Positions 49,478 through 59,052 of a stretch of DNA of 64,000 bases are shown piece by piece. The stretch spans positions 448,001 to 512,000 of the forward strand of contig CAWFFN010000009.1 in assembly GCA_963815115.1 (NCBI GenBank), written 5' to 3'. The notes under the pieces were generated by a model, which was not told where the DNA came from, ran no database searches, and worked only from the letters and a program-made list of their open reading frames with translations. The stretch comes from an uncultured delta proteobacterium (GTDB lineage Bacteria; Desulfobacterota; Binatia; DP-6). The translations under genes were made by a program, and so were the position numbers. Positions within the stretch are counted from its first letter, which is position 1. Each line of letters starts with the position of its first letter.

Positions 49478-51612
49478 CGGCGGGTCGCAGCGCCAGGGAA
49501 GGTCACGATCCTCTGCTCGGGACGCACGTCACCGAGTCGGCTGGCGGGCTGGCCGGGACCTACGCCGGCTTCCTGCTCGCCGAGCTCGGCGCCACCGTGC
49601 ACACGCTGCACGCGGCGGGTGGCCCCGTGCTCGACCGCCGCAAGCAGCGTGCGGCGGCGCGGACGAGCGCGGATGCGGTGCTGTGCGATGAGGAGCGGCC
49701 TCCGGTCGACAGCGCCGCACCGGTTCGCTGTCGGGTGAGTGCCTGGGGCGCGCGCGGGCCACGGCGTCACCTGCCACCGGACGAGGCACTGATCGCGGCC
49801 GCGACCGGCGTGCAGTCGTTGCAATGGTCGTGGTCCGGGCGGCCGGTGTGGCTGGTGACGCCGATGATCGGCTACATGACCGGCATCCTCGCCGCCCTCG
49901 GCACCACGGCGGCCCTCCTGGGACTTCGCCGCGGGCTTCCACCGCAGGAGCTGCGCGTGAGCGGACTCCAGGGAGCCCTCGCGCTCAATGCGGGCTCGTA
50001 CGTCACCGGTCCCGGTCACCGCGGCTCGCTTCTCCATCAGGGCGACCCGCGCGGGGCCTATCCGACCTACGGGCTCTATCGCACCGCCGACGGCTGGCTC
50101 TTCGTGGGTGCGCTCACCCAGGCGTTCTGGGTGAAGCTCATGAGCGCGCTCGAGCGCACCGACCTGCTGGCCCACCCCGACCTCCAGTCGGATCCGCTGA
50201 CGTTCTCGGGAAGGAAGATCCGCGCGTTCGTGCGCGCGGCGCTCGAGCCGCTCTTCGCCGCCCGCTCGACGGCGGCCTGGGTCGAGCTGCTCCGGGCTGC
50301 CGACGTGCCGTGCGGGCCGGTGCAGTCGCGGGAAGACTTCCTGCGCGATCCCGAGGCACGCGCACTCGGCCTCGCGCTCCCGGTGCGCGACCCGGAGCTG
50401 GGAGCGACCTGGCAGCCGCCCGCGCCGGCGCGGTTCGTGCGCGTCCCCGCCGATGGCGCGCCGCGCGCCCCGATCCGTCCGCGCGCGGCGTGCCTGGAGG
50501 GCATGCGTGTCCTCGACCTGACCAGCTTCATCGCCGGGCCCTTCTGCCCTCTCCTCCTCGCCGATCTGGGCGCCGACGTGATCAAGGTCGAGAGCGCCGA
50601 CGGCGATCCCTTCCGCCTCGCCGCCTTCGGCTTCATCGGGTGGAATCGCGGCAAGCGCTCCCTGGTGCTCGATCTGAAGCGACCGCAGGGGCGTGACCTG
50701 CTGCTCGACCTCGCGCACACCGCCGACGTGCTGGTCGACAACCTGCGGCCCGGCGTGCTCGACCGGCTGGGACTCGGCGCGGACGCACTGCGCGCGGCGA
50801 ATCCGCACCTGGTACACACCTCCATCACGGGCTTCGGCACCGAGGGCCCGCTCGGCGCGCTCCCGGGCTTCGATCCGATCTTCCAGGCCCGTTCGGGGTT
50901 GATGGCCGCCCAGGGCGGCGGCGACGAGCCGGTCTTTCACACCATCGCGTACAACGACTACTGCGCCGGCGCGCTCGGCGCGCTCGCCACCGTCGCCGCC
51001 CTGCTCGACCGCGAGCGCAGCGGATGCGGCGCCCGTGTCGACCTGAGCCTCTTCCGCACCGCCTTCGTCGACCAGGCCGCGCACCTCCTCCTGCATGCGG
51101 GCGGCATGGCGGAGGAGGCGAGCGGCGGCCGCGACTTCCTCGGGCCGTCGGCGGCCGAGAGGCTGTACGCCTGCGCCGACGGCTGGCTCTGCCTGTCGGC
51201 GCGGACGCCGGCGCAGCGCGGTGCGCTCGCGGCGATGGCGCACGCCGGGATGGCGAGCGAGGACGCCGTGTCGGCGGCCGTCGAACGCACGCTGGCCGGC
51301 CAGTCCAGGACGGACGCCCTCGCGGCGCTCGACGCCGCCGGCATTCCGGCTGCGCCGTGTCTCGGTTTCGACGACCTCTTCTCCGATCCGCACCTCGTGG
51401 CGAACGGCTGCTTCACCACCGTCGAGGACGACACGATCGGTCGGGTGACCGTGGGCGGTCCGCTGGTCGATTTCGAGCACACGCCGATCCGACCGCACGC
51501 GTCGGCGCCCCGCCACGGCGGGGATGCGGAGGCGATCCTCGGGGAGCGCGGGGTGTCCCCGGATCGTCTCGCCGCGCTGATGGACGCCGGCGTGGTCGGC
51601 CGTGCGCGCTGA
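49474..51612 (+). CDS. Tandem-domain class III CoA-transferase
   Basis: Degenerate first CaiB domain plus 'LEGMRVLDLTSFIAGP...LGADVIKVES', 'WNRGKRS'. Confidence 0.82.
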   Translation: MTAGRSAREGHDPLLGTHVTESAGGLAGTYAGFLLAELGATVHTLHAAGGPVLDRRKQRAAARTSADAVLCDEERPPVDSAAPVRCRVSAWGARGPRRHLPPDEALIAAATGVQSLQWSWSGRPVWLVTPMIGYMTGILAALGTTAALLGLRRGLPPQELRVSGLQGALALNAGSYVTGPGHRGSLLHQGDPRGAYPTYGLYRTADGWLFVGALTQAFWVKLMSALERTDLLAHPDLQSDPLTFSGRKIRAFVRAALEPLFAARSTAAWVELLRAADVPCGPVQSREDFLRDPEARALGLALPVRDPELGATWQPPAPARFVRVPADGAPRAPIRPRAACLEGMRVLDLTSFIAGPFCPLLLADLGADVIKVESADGDPFRLAAFGFIGWNRGKRSLVLDLKRPQGRDLLLDLAHTADVLVDNLRPGVLDRLGLGADALRAANPHLVHTSITGFGTEGPLGALPGFDPIFQARSGLMAAQGGGDEPVFHTIAYNDYCAGALGALATVAALLDRERSGCGARVDLSLFRTAFVDQAAHLLLHAGGMAEEASGGRDFLGPSAAERLYACADGWLCLSARTPAQRGALAAMAHAGMASEDAVSAAVERTLAGQSRTDALAALDAAGIPAAPCLGFDDLFSDPHLVANGCFTTVEDDTIGRVTVGGPLVDFEHTPIRPHASAPRHGGDAEAILGERGVSPDRLAALMDAGVVGRAR

Positions 51613-52417
51613 GCGTCCCAGCGTCGCGCTCGCGGCGACCCTGCACGACGCCACCGGCGTGCTCGCGAACGACATCCGCCGCCTGCTGCCGCGGCTCCAG
51701 GGCGTCTACGCCGCCGTCGCCGTGACCACCAGCCCGCCGACCGCGGCACGCGTCGTGGCGGTGCTGCGCGAGGCCGGCGTGCACGCGGGCTCGCCGCCGG
51801 CCAACACGCGCGGCCCGCTCTACCGCCTGAGCGTGCGCCGGGCGCTGGCGAGCGGTGCGGAGCGCGTGCACTACCTCGACTTCGACCGGGCGCTGCACTG
51901 GATCGACAAGGCGCCGCGCGAGCTCCGCCATGCGTTGCGCGCCGGCCGCCGCGGGACGCCACTCCTGGTCGGGCGGACCCGCCGCGCCCACCAGTCTCAC
52001 CACCGCCCGCTGCATGCCACCGAGGGCATCGTGAACCGGCTCCTCGCATCGCGGCTCGGATTCGCGGGTCGTGTCGACTTCCTGGTTCCCTCCTTCGTCG
52101 TTCGACGTGACACGGCGACGCTGCTTCTCGCTCGTTCCCGGGCGCGCGACGTCGCCATCTACGGGGAATGGGCAGCGCTCCTCCCCGGCGTCGCGGAGAC
52201 GCTCGACTACGTCGAATGCCGCGGGCTCGACTGGGAAACGCCCGACCGCCACCGCCGCGCGGTGCGGCGGCTCGGTCTCGCGGAATGGCGCCGACGGCAG
52301 GAGACGGCCGCCGAGTGGGGCCTGCGCATCGACGTCGCCGCCGCCGTCGTGCGCGGCTTCACTCGGGCGCTGGCACGATTCCCGGTGAAGCGCTGCACGC
52401 TCGCGCGGCTGCGCTGA
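51602..52417 (+). CDS. Hypothetical protein, possible GT-A glycosyltransferase-like
   Basis: DxD-like 'HYLDFDR' and 'GLDWETPD'; overlaps the previous gene's end. Confidence 0.5.
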   Translation: MRAERPSVALAATLHDATGVLANDIRRLLPRLQGVYAAVAVTTSPPTAARVVAVLREAGVHAGSPPANTRGPLYRLSVRRALASGAERVHYLDFDRALHWIDKAPRELRHALRAGRRGTPLLVGRTRRAHQSHHRPLHATEGIVNRLLASRLGFAGRVDFLVPSFVVRRDTATLLLARSRARDVAIYGEWAALLPGVAETLDYVECRGLDWETPDRHRRAVRRLGLAEWRRRQETAAEWGLRIDVAAAVVRGFTRALARFPVKRCTLARLR

Positions 52418-52541
52418 CGTTTGCATGCTGCTCGCCGCGGCGCGTCGCGCGCGCGAGATCGCGCCCGAAGGTTGCCACGGCCAGCGGGGTGGGCTACTCC
52501 CGTCGCAATCCCACGTTCCAACCCGTAGCGAGGAGACTCCC

Positions 52542-53948
52542 ATGAGCTCGTATTCGATGCTGATCAACGGCCGCTCGGTCACCACGCCCGAGCAGGACGA
52601 CGTCATCAACCCCGCGCGCGGGGAGCCCTTCGCAACCTGTCCGCGGGGCAGCACGGCCCACGTCGACGACGCGGTGAACGGCGCCGCCGAGGCCTACAAG
52701 ACCTGGAAGAAGGACGAGGCGTTCCGGCGCGCGAAGCTCAACGAGTGCGCGGCGGCCATCCAGGCGCGCGCCCAGGACATCGCCACCGTGCTGTCGCAGG
52801 AGCAGGGGAAGCCGGTCACCGCGGCGATGGCGGAGACCTTCGGCGCTTCGATGTGGTTCAGCTACTACGCCAACCTCCAGGTCGAGCCCGAGGTCCTGCA
52901 GGACGACGGCGAGAAGCGCATCGAGGTGGTGCGCAAGCCGCTCGGCGTGGTGGCCGCGATCACGCCGTGGAACTTCCCGGTGATCCTGCTCGCATGGAAG
53001 CTGGCGCCGGCGTGGCTCGCCGGCAACACGGTGGTCGCGAAGCCGTCGCCCTACACCCCGCTCACCTCGCTCATGGTCGCCGACATCCTGAAGGACGTGG
53101 TGCCGCCGGGCGTGCTGAACGTTCTCTCGGGCGGCAACGAGCTCGGCGCGTACCTCGCCGGCCATCCCAGCGTGCGCAAGATCTCCTTCACCGGCAGCGT
53201 CGCGACGGGCAAGAAGATCATGGGCTACGCGGCGGAGGACCTGAAACGCGTCACGCTCGAGCTGGGCGGCAACGACCCGGCCATCGTGCTCGACGACGTC
53301 GACCCCGATGCCATCGCGGAGGGGCTCTTCTGGGGGGCCTTCCAGAACTCCGGCCAGGTGTGCACGGCGATCAAGCGACTCTACGTGCACGAGAAGGTCT
53401 ACCAGCCCATCGTGCAGGGGCTCGTCGAGCGCGCCAAGAAGGTGCGCGTCGGCGACGGCATGGACCCCGAGACGCAGCTCGGCCCGATCAACAACAAGAT
53501 GCAGCTCGAGCGCGTGATGGGGCTGGTCGACGACGCCAGGAAGAGCGGCGGCCGGATCGAGGCCGGCGGCACGCGGCTCGAGGGCTCGGGCTACTTCTAT
53601 CCCCCGACGATCGTCACCAACGTCGGCGCCGGCGTCCGGCTGGTCGACGAGGAGCAGTTCGGCACCGCGCTTCCGGTGCTCAAGTACTCGAAGCTCGACG
53701 ACGCGCTCGAGCAGGCCAATCGCACCCACTACGGCCTCGGCGCCTCGGTGTGGAGCGGCGACGTCGAGCGTGGCCGGACGATCGTCCAGGAGCTCGACTC
53801 GGGCACCGGCTGGGTGAACCAGCACATGGACATCACGCCCTTCGCGCCCTTCGGCGGCGCCAAGTGGAGCGGGATCGGCTACGAGAACGGGCGCTGGGGC
53901 TACGAGGCGTTCACCGAGCTGCAGGTGGTGAACACCAAGAAGGCCTAG
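52542..53948 (+). CDS. Aldehyde dehydrogenase
   Basis: 'ITPWNFP', 'FTGS', 'LELGGNDP', 'NSGQVC', 'EEQFG'. Confidence 0.93.
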   Translation: MSSYSMLINGRSVTTPEQDDVINPARGEPFATCPRGSTAHVDDAVNGAAEAYKTWKKDEAFRRAKLNECAAAIQARAQDIATVLSQEQGKPVTAAMAETFGASMWFSYYANLQVEPEVLQDDGEKRIEVVRKPLGVVAAITPWNFPVILLAWKLAPAWLAGNTVVAKPSPYTPLTSLMVADILKDVVPPGVLNVLSGGNELGAYLAGHPSVRKISFTGSVATGKKIMGYAAEDLKRVTLELGGNDPAIVLDDVDPDAIAEGLFWGAFQNSGQVCTAIKRLYVHEKVYQPIVQGLVERAKKVRVGDGMDPETQLGPINNKMQLERVMGLVDDARKSGGRIEAGGTRLEGSGYFYPPTIVTNVGAGVRLVDEEQFGTALPVLKYSKLDDALEQANRTHYGLGASVWSGDVERGRTIVQELDSGTGWVNQHMDITPFAPFGGAKWSGIGYENGRWGYEAFTELQVVNTKKA

Positions 53949-54209
53949 GAGAGCGACCCGAGACTTCGTCTCGGGTCGGGGTGAAGGGCGAGAATGAGAC
54001 GTGGTGAACAGGGCGGCCGTCGTGCCGCGGCCGGCCGAGCCGGCGCGGCACACGTTCCGGAGCGCGAGGCCGTCGCTGAGACGGCATGCTGGCACGCGCC
54101 GTAGGCCGCACGAGGCCCGCGCTTCGGCCGTGCCACTGCATCCGCCCGATCCACCGAACGCCACACGCCCGCTTTCGACCCGAGACGGAGCGTCGGGTCG
54201 CGCGCCTAG
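53945..54209. mobile_element. MITE/REP-like palindromic element, copy 2 (CTAG-bounded)
   Basis: CTAGGAGAGCGACCCGAGACT ... AGCGTCGGGTCGCGCGCCTAG inverted ends; internal blocks shared with 17370-17531. Confidence 0.65.
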
Positions 54210-54224
54210 TCGCGCCCGGCGCTC

Positions 54225-55649
54225 TCACGAGGTCGGTGCCGCGCGCCCCGGCGTCGCGGGGCGATCGCCGCGGCCACCCCGCCGTTTGCGGCGCCGGCGC
54301 TTCTTCGGTTCGCCGGCGGCTCCGGCTGGCGCGGCGACTCGCGGGCGCGGTTCGGGGGCGTGCGCCGCGGGTCCGTGGGCCGGTCCGTGCTCGGTGCGCC
54401 GTGGGCGCGGTGCCTGCCGTCCGTGCGTGCGACGGTCGCGATCGTCGCGCGGCGGCCGCGGCGCGTGGCGCAGGTCGTGCGCCAGCATGCGGTCGTCCGG
54501 GAAGTCGTGCGGCAGCTTGAAGCCGATGTAGCCCTCGATGGCCTCGAGCCCGTCGACGTACTCCTCGCACGCGAGCGTGATGGCGTGTCCCGACGCGCCC
54601 GCGCGCGCCGTCCGGCCGGCGCGGTGCACGTAGTCCTGCGGATCGAAAGGCAGGTCGTAGTTGATGACGTGGCTCACGCCCTCGATGTGAAGGCCGCGTG
54701 ACGCCACGTCGGTCGCGACCAGGATGGGGAGGGTGCCGTCCTTGAACTCGCCGAGGATGCGCAGCCGCCGGCGCTGGTCGACGTCGCCGGTGATGGCGGC
54801 CGCGGAGATGCCGTTGGCGAGCAGGTTGCGCTCGAGGCGTTCGGCGGTGCGCTTCATGTTCGTGAAGATGAGCACGTGCGCGCCCGGCGTCGCTCGCAGA
54901 AAACCGACGAGCAGCGGCAGCTTCTCGTGCGTGCCGACGTGGTAGACCAGATGCTCGATGTTCTCCGCGGTGATCTGTTCGGGCGTCACCGAGACCTTCT
55001 CGGCGTCGTTCATGAACACGTACGCGAGCTCCATCACGTCGAAGCCCAGCGTGGCCGAGAAGAGCATGGACTGTCGGCGGTCGTAGGGCGGCAGCCGGCG
55101 CAGCAGGTAGCGCAGGTCCTTGATGAAGCCCATGTCGAACATGCGGTCGGCCTCGTCGATGACGAGCATCTCCACGACGCGCAGGTCGAGGACGTGCTGG
55201 CGGTGATAGTCGATCAGCCGGCCGGGGGTGCCGACCAGGAGATCCGTGCCGGCCTCTACCTGATCGCGCTGCTTCTTGTAGTCGACGCCGCCGTAGACCG
55301 CGTTGATGGTGAACGGTGTCGCCTGCCCGAGCAGGCGGGCGTCGTCGGTGATCTGCACGACCAGCTCGCGGGTCGGCGCGATGACGAGCGCACGCGGTCC
55401 GGCGCCGCGCGCGGCACGCTCGCGCTGCAGCAGGCGGGTGAAGATCGTGATCAGGAATGCCGCGGTCTTGCCGGTGCCGGTCTGCGCCTGTCCGGCGACG
55501 TCGCGGCCGGCCAGCGACAGCGGCAGCACCTTTTCCTGGATCGGAGTGCAGTGCGTGAACCCCGCCGCCTGCACGCCGGCCATGACGGGCGCGGGCAGCG
55601 CGAAGCTCGTGAAGAGGCGCCCCTCGGGTTGGGGCTTGTCGGTACTCAC
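54225..55649 (-). CDS. rhlB: DEAD-box RNA helicase (RhlB-like)
   Basis: 'CTPIQ', 'GQAQTGTGKT', 'PTREL', 'DEADRMFDMGF', 'SAT', 'YVHRAGRTARAG'. Confidence 0.8.
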   Translation of the reverse strand: MSTDKPQPEGRLFTSFALPAPVMAGVQAAGFTHCTPIQEKVLPLSLAGRDVAGQAQTGTGKTAAFLITIFTRLLQRERAARGAGPRALVIAPTRELVVQITDDARLLGQATPFTINAVYGGVDYKKQRDQVEAGTDLLVGTPGRLIDYHRQHVLDLRVVEMLVIDEADRMFDMGFIKDLRYLLRRLPPYDRRQSMLFSATLGFDVMELAYVFMNDAEKVSVTPEQITAENIEHLVYHVGTHEKLPLLVGFLRATPGAHVLIFTNMKRTAERLERNLLANGISAAAITGDVDQRRRLRILGEFKDGTLPILVATDVASRGLHIEGVSHVINYDLPFDPQDYVHRAGRTARAGASGHAITLACEEYVDGLEAIEGYIGFKLPHDFPDDRMLAHDLRHAPRPPRDDRDRRTHGRQAPRPRRTEHGPAHGPAAHAPEPRPRVAAPAGAAGEPKKRRRRKRRGGRGDRPATPGRAAPTS

Positions 55650-55758
55650 GCGGCCTCAATGACCGCCGCCACCCTGACAGTCAAGCGCGCTCCCGGCGCC
55701 GTTTCGTCGCCGTCCATCTTGACGACGGCGCGCGAGGCGTGGGACAAGACCGCCCAAA

Positions 55759-56016
55759 ATGGCCGAAGCGTGCGAGCCGCTGCGTATCATGCTCGGGTTC
55801 GTGGTGCGCCAGTGTGCGCGCCGACTCGGGCATGCGCCGCGGCCCGAAGAGCTCGCCGAGTGGGCCAACAACCAGTACGACGAGCGCGGGTGCTATCGCA
55901 TCTTCGGACGTCCCATCAGCCCCGAGGAGGCGCGCATCATCCTCCGCCATCCGGAACGCGTGGTGACGGTCCGTCCCAGTCCGCGATGGGAGTTCACGAC
56001 GACGCTGGGCCGTTAG
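55759..56016 (+). CDS. Small hypothetical protein
   Basis: 85-aa ORF with plausible codon usage, divergent from the helicase. Confidence 0.6.
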   Translation: MAEACEPLRIMLGFVVRQCARRLGHAPRPEELAEWANNQYDERGCYRIFGRPISPEEARIILRHPERVVTVRPSPRWEFTTTLGR

Positions 56017-56498
56017 GGGCGGGCTCCCCTCGCCTCCCGGTCATCACCGGACGCGCCTGGAGCTTCTCCGACGGGCTGCGGGCGAGCGACGTGCTGCCGA
56101 GCGAGGCGGCGGACGAACCGGCGGCCGCGGCGGCGCGCAGCCTGTTCGCCGCGCTCGACCCCACGCTCGCGGCGCGACTCGTCCCGGGCGACGTGCTGGT
56201 GGCGGGCCAGCAGCTCGGCGGCGGTCCCGGCGGTGCGGCCGCCGCGCGCGCGCTGCGCGCCGCCGGCATCGTGGCCGTGATCGCCGCGAGCTACGCCGAC
56301 GGCTTCGCGGAGGCGCTCCTCGAGAGCGGTGTGCCGGCGCTCGAGGTGGACGCGCCGGCCGTCTTCCACACCGGGCAGCGCCTGCGGATCAATCTCGAGG
56401 GCGGCACGATCGCCAACCTCTCCAGCGGCGACCGTCAGCCGGTGCGCAACCTCACCGAGCCGCTGCTGGCGAGGCTCCGAGATCTGCTGGCAAGGTGA
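55986..56498 (+). CDS. LeuD/aconitase swivel-domain-like protein (degenerate)
   Basis: 'ITGRAW.F.D', 'PGDVLVAG..LG.G', 'GIVAVIA.SYA..F', 'INLE.GTI.N'; start uncertain. Confidence 0.65.
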   Translation: MGVHDDAGPLGAGSPRLPVITGRAWSFSDGLRASDVLPSEAADEPAAAAARSLFAALDPTLAARLVPGDVLVAGQQLGGGPGGAAAARALRAAGIVAVIAASYADGFAEALLESGVPALEVDAPAVFHTGQRLRINLEGGTIANLSSGDRQPVRNLTEPLLARLRDLLAR

Positions 56499-57777
56499 CG
56501 TCGGCCGTGAGCGGTAGGTCGAGCCGGCGCAGCTCGCGCTGCTCGTCACCGGTGTGGTAGCCCGGTAGCCCGAGGATGCGGAGCTGGAAGGTGTAGCGTC
56601 CCGCTTCGAGACGCTGGCCGTCGCGTCCCTCGATGCCCACCAGCGGCACGCTGCCGGGGACGAACTCCGGCGGGGCCCTGTGCTGGGCATCGTCGAGGTA
56701 CACCAGCGACAGCGGGATGGCCTTGCGGAGGTTCTCGCTCATGGTCATCGCCACCAGGATGGCCTGGTCGCCGCCGACGAGCGCAAACCAGGACCCGTGA
56801 CCGTCGAAGGCGCGCTCCCGCGCGTCCATGTGGCCGTCGATCGGGAAGCCCGGCGGCGTCACCCCGGGCGCCAGGTAGTGCCAGCCCTCGAGACCTTGCA
56901 GGTCGACGCCGCCGAGGGCGGTGATGTCGCGGAAGAAGACCGAGGGCGAGAACGGCAGCTTGAGCGCGCCGGGCGCGTAGACGTGCTCGGCGTAGAAGAA
57001 GGTGTGCGCCAGACCCGCGGTGAGACGGATGCCGAGGCCGATGTCGACCGCGTGGCGCGAGCGGCGTACCACCCGCACCGGACCCGCCGTCCACGCGACC
57101 AGCGCGTGGCGGCCGTCGCGCTCGGAGATGCTCCAATGCGCCAGCCCGGCGTGCAAGGTCGCCTCGGCTCGCAGCCGCAGGCCGTCGATCAGGTTTGCCC
57201 CGATCGGACCCGCGAGCCCGACCCGGAACTCGGCGGGCAGCGCTCCCACCATCCCGATGCGGTAGCGAGCGGCGGCGACCCCGTCGTGTGCGGCGTCGTA
57301 CTCCACGTAGCGGCGATCCGTGTGCGGCGGCGGGTCGGCCACCATCAGATAGGCCCAGCCGACGTGGTGATCGAGCGGGTCGTCGATCCGGATCTCGCGT
57401 CCCACGGCGGCTCGAGGCGTGCCGCTCGGAGCGCGCTCGCCGGCATCGCATGCCATGAAGACGAGCTGGTCGTCCGGATCGAGTACACCCGGACGATCGT
57501 CGGATGAGGGCTCCGGCCCTCCCGCCATCGCGATGTTCGAGCCGATGCGCTCGTCGATCTGGAAGGGGATCGGCACCGCGACGCCGCCGCGGTACGCAAC
57601 CAGCCCCAGGTGCGCGAGGGGGGTGCCGCCGAGGCGGCGCAGCCGGATGGCGGACAGCTCGATCGCCTCGTGCGGCCGGCCGATGGGACCGCAGGACCCG
57701 AGCGGCACGAGCTCCCCGGCACCGTGCCGTGCGCTCGCGACCGCGAGCAGGCACGCCAGCAGCACGCGCGCGCGCAT
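56452..57777 (-). CDS. Secreted hypothetical protein
   Basis: Signal peptide MRARVLLACLLAVASA; 'PIPFQIDER', 'LDPDDQLVFM..DAG', 'GPVRVVR'; coupled to the M16 gene. Confidence 0.7.
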   Translation of the reverse strand: MRARVLLACLLAVASARHGAGELVPLGSCGPIGRPHEAIELSAIRLRRLGGTPLAHLGLVAYRGGVAVPIPFQIDERIGSNIAMAGGPEPSSDDRPGVLDPDDQLVFMACDAGERAPSGTPRAAVGREIRIDDPLDHHVGWAYLMVADPPPHTDRRYVEYDAAHDGVAAARYRIGMVGALPAEFRVGLAGPIGANLIDGLRLRAEATLHAGLAHWSISERDGRHALVAWTAGPVRVVRRSRHAVDIGLGIRLTAGLAHTFFYAEHVYAPGALKLPFSPSVFFRDITALGGVDLQGLEGWHYLAPGVTPPGFPIDGHMDARERAFDGHGSWFALVGGDQAILVAMTMSENLRKAIPLSLVYLDDAQHRAPPEFVPGSVPLVGIEGRDGQRLEAGRYTFQLRILGLPGYHTGDEQRELRRLDLPLTADVTLPADLGASPAAAR

Positions 57778-58937
57778 CAGCCGGCGAGCGTGGCCGTCAG
57801 GGTCGGTGCCGCCAGCGCCCGGCGCCACGCGCGGTCGACGTCCGGGAGCTCGAGCGCGTCGAGGACCATGGCAGCCTCGGCCAGCGACGGCTGCCGCCCC
57901 ACGGCTCGCACGGCGTGCGCCAGCGCTCGATCGAGCCGCGAGTCGGCGAGGCGGGCGAAGCGGTAGCGGAGCTTCTTGCGCGCCCGCGCCAGCTCCTCGC
58001 GGGAGAACCCGGCGGCCGCATCGCGACACGTCCGCTCGACCGTGTCGAGCAGTCGGCCCTCGTGCTCGCGGGCGGCGCTCGCCGAGATCACCGCGACGGC
58101 CCAGTCGGCGCCATGCTCGACGCTCGCTCCGACGTCGTACCCCAGCCCGAGCCGCTCGCGAATCTCCTGGAAGAGGCGCGCGTCGGGGTCGGCGCCGACG
58201 ATCTCGATGGCGAGCGAGAGGGCGAGCACGCTGCGCGCATCCGGCGGCGCGGCCGCGATGCGGACGAGATAGCTCTGCGCGAGATCGCGGCGTCGCAGGC
58301 GTACCGTGCCGCAGGCACCGCGAAGCGGCAGGCGCGGGCGCGCCGTCGGCCTGGTGCCCGAGATCGGGAACGTGCGGGCGATCGCGCGCCGCACGCGAGC
58401 CCGGGAGACGCCGCCCACCAGCGCCAGCGTCATGTTCGCTGGCACGAACTGGCGCGCGATGAACCGCCGCACCGCTCGCGACGTCAGGCTGCGCAGGCTC
58501 CGCATCGTCCCGCAGATCGGATGGCCCAGCGGTCCGCCGAAGAAACGGCTCCAGGCGCGCTCGTGGACCACGCTCGCCGGATCCTCCTGACGGCCGCGAA
58601 TCTCGTCGATCACCACGCGCCGCTCCTTCCGGAAGCGATCCTCGGGCACGGTCGAGTGGAAGAGCTGCTCGGCGATCAGCCCGAGCGCGTCCTCGACGTC
58701 GTGATCGAAGACCTCGAAGTGCAGCGTCATGTCCTCGTAACCGGTGTCGGCATCGTGCTCGCCGCCGAGGTCGCCCGCGCGCCGGTTGAGCGCCCCCTGG
58801 TCGTGCGCGCGCGTGCCCTGGAAGAGCATGTGCTCCGCCATGTGGGCGATGCCGGCGTGCTCGCCGTCGAAGCGCGATCCGGCACGGATCGCAACGGCGA
58901 TGGCGGTCAGCGGACCCGGAGCGGGCTCGTGCAGCAC
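57777..58937 (-). CDS. M16 family (insulinase-like) zinc peptidase
   Basis: 'GIAHMAEHMLFQGT' HxxEH motif, 'ERRVVIDEI', 'RLFQEIRERLGLGY'; start uncertain. Confidence 0.88.
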   Translation of the reverse strand: MLHEPAPGPLTAIAVAIRAGSRFDGEHAGIAHMAEHMLFQGTRAHDQGALNRRAGDLGGEHDADTGYEDMTLHFEVFDHDVEDALGLIAEQLFHSTVPEDRFRKERRVVIDEIRGRQEDPASVVHERAWSRFFGGPLGHPICGTMRSLRSLTSRAVRRFIARQFVPANMTLALVGGVSRARVRRAIARTFPISGTRPTARPRLPLRGACGTVRLRRRDLAQSYLVRIAAAPPDARSVLALSLAIEIVGADPDARLFQEIRERLGLGYDVGASVEHGADWAVAVISASAAREHEGRLLDTVERTCRDAAAGFSREELARARKKLRYRFARLADSRLDRALAHAVRAVGRQPSLAEAAMVLDALELPDVDRAWRRALAAPTLTATLAG

Positions 58938-59052
58938 CGTGAGCGCGCCGTGGTGGAGGCGGGTCGGTTCGTGGAGCAGACCGGCGAGCGCTCCGTTGCG
59001 GTCCGCCGCCGTGTCCGATCGCCCGGACGACCGGAGGCGCCCGCCGCCGCGG

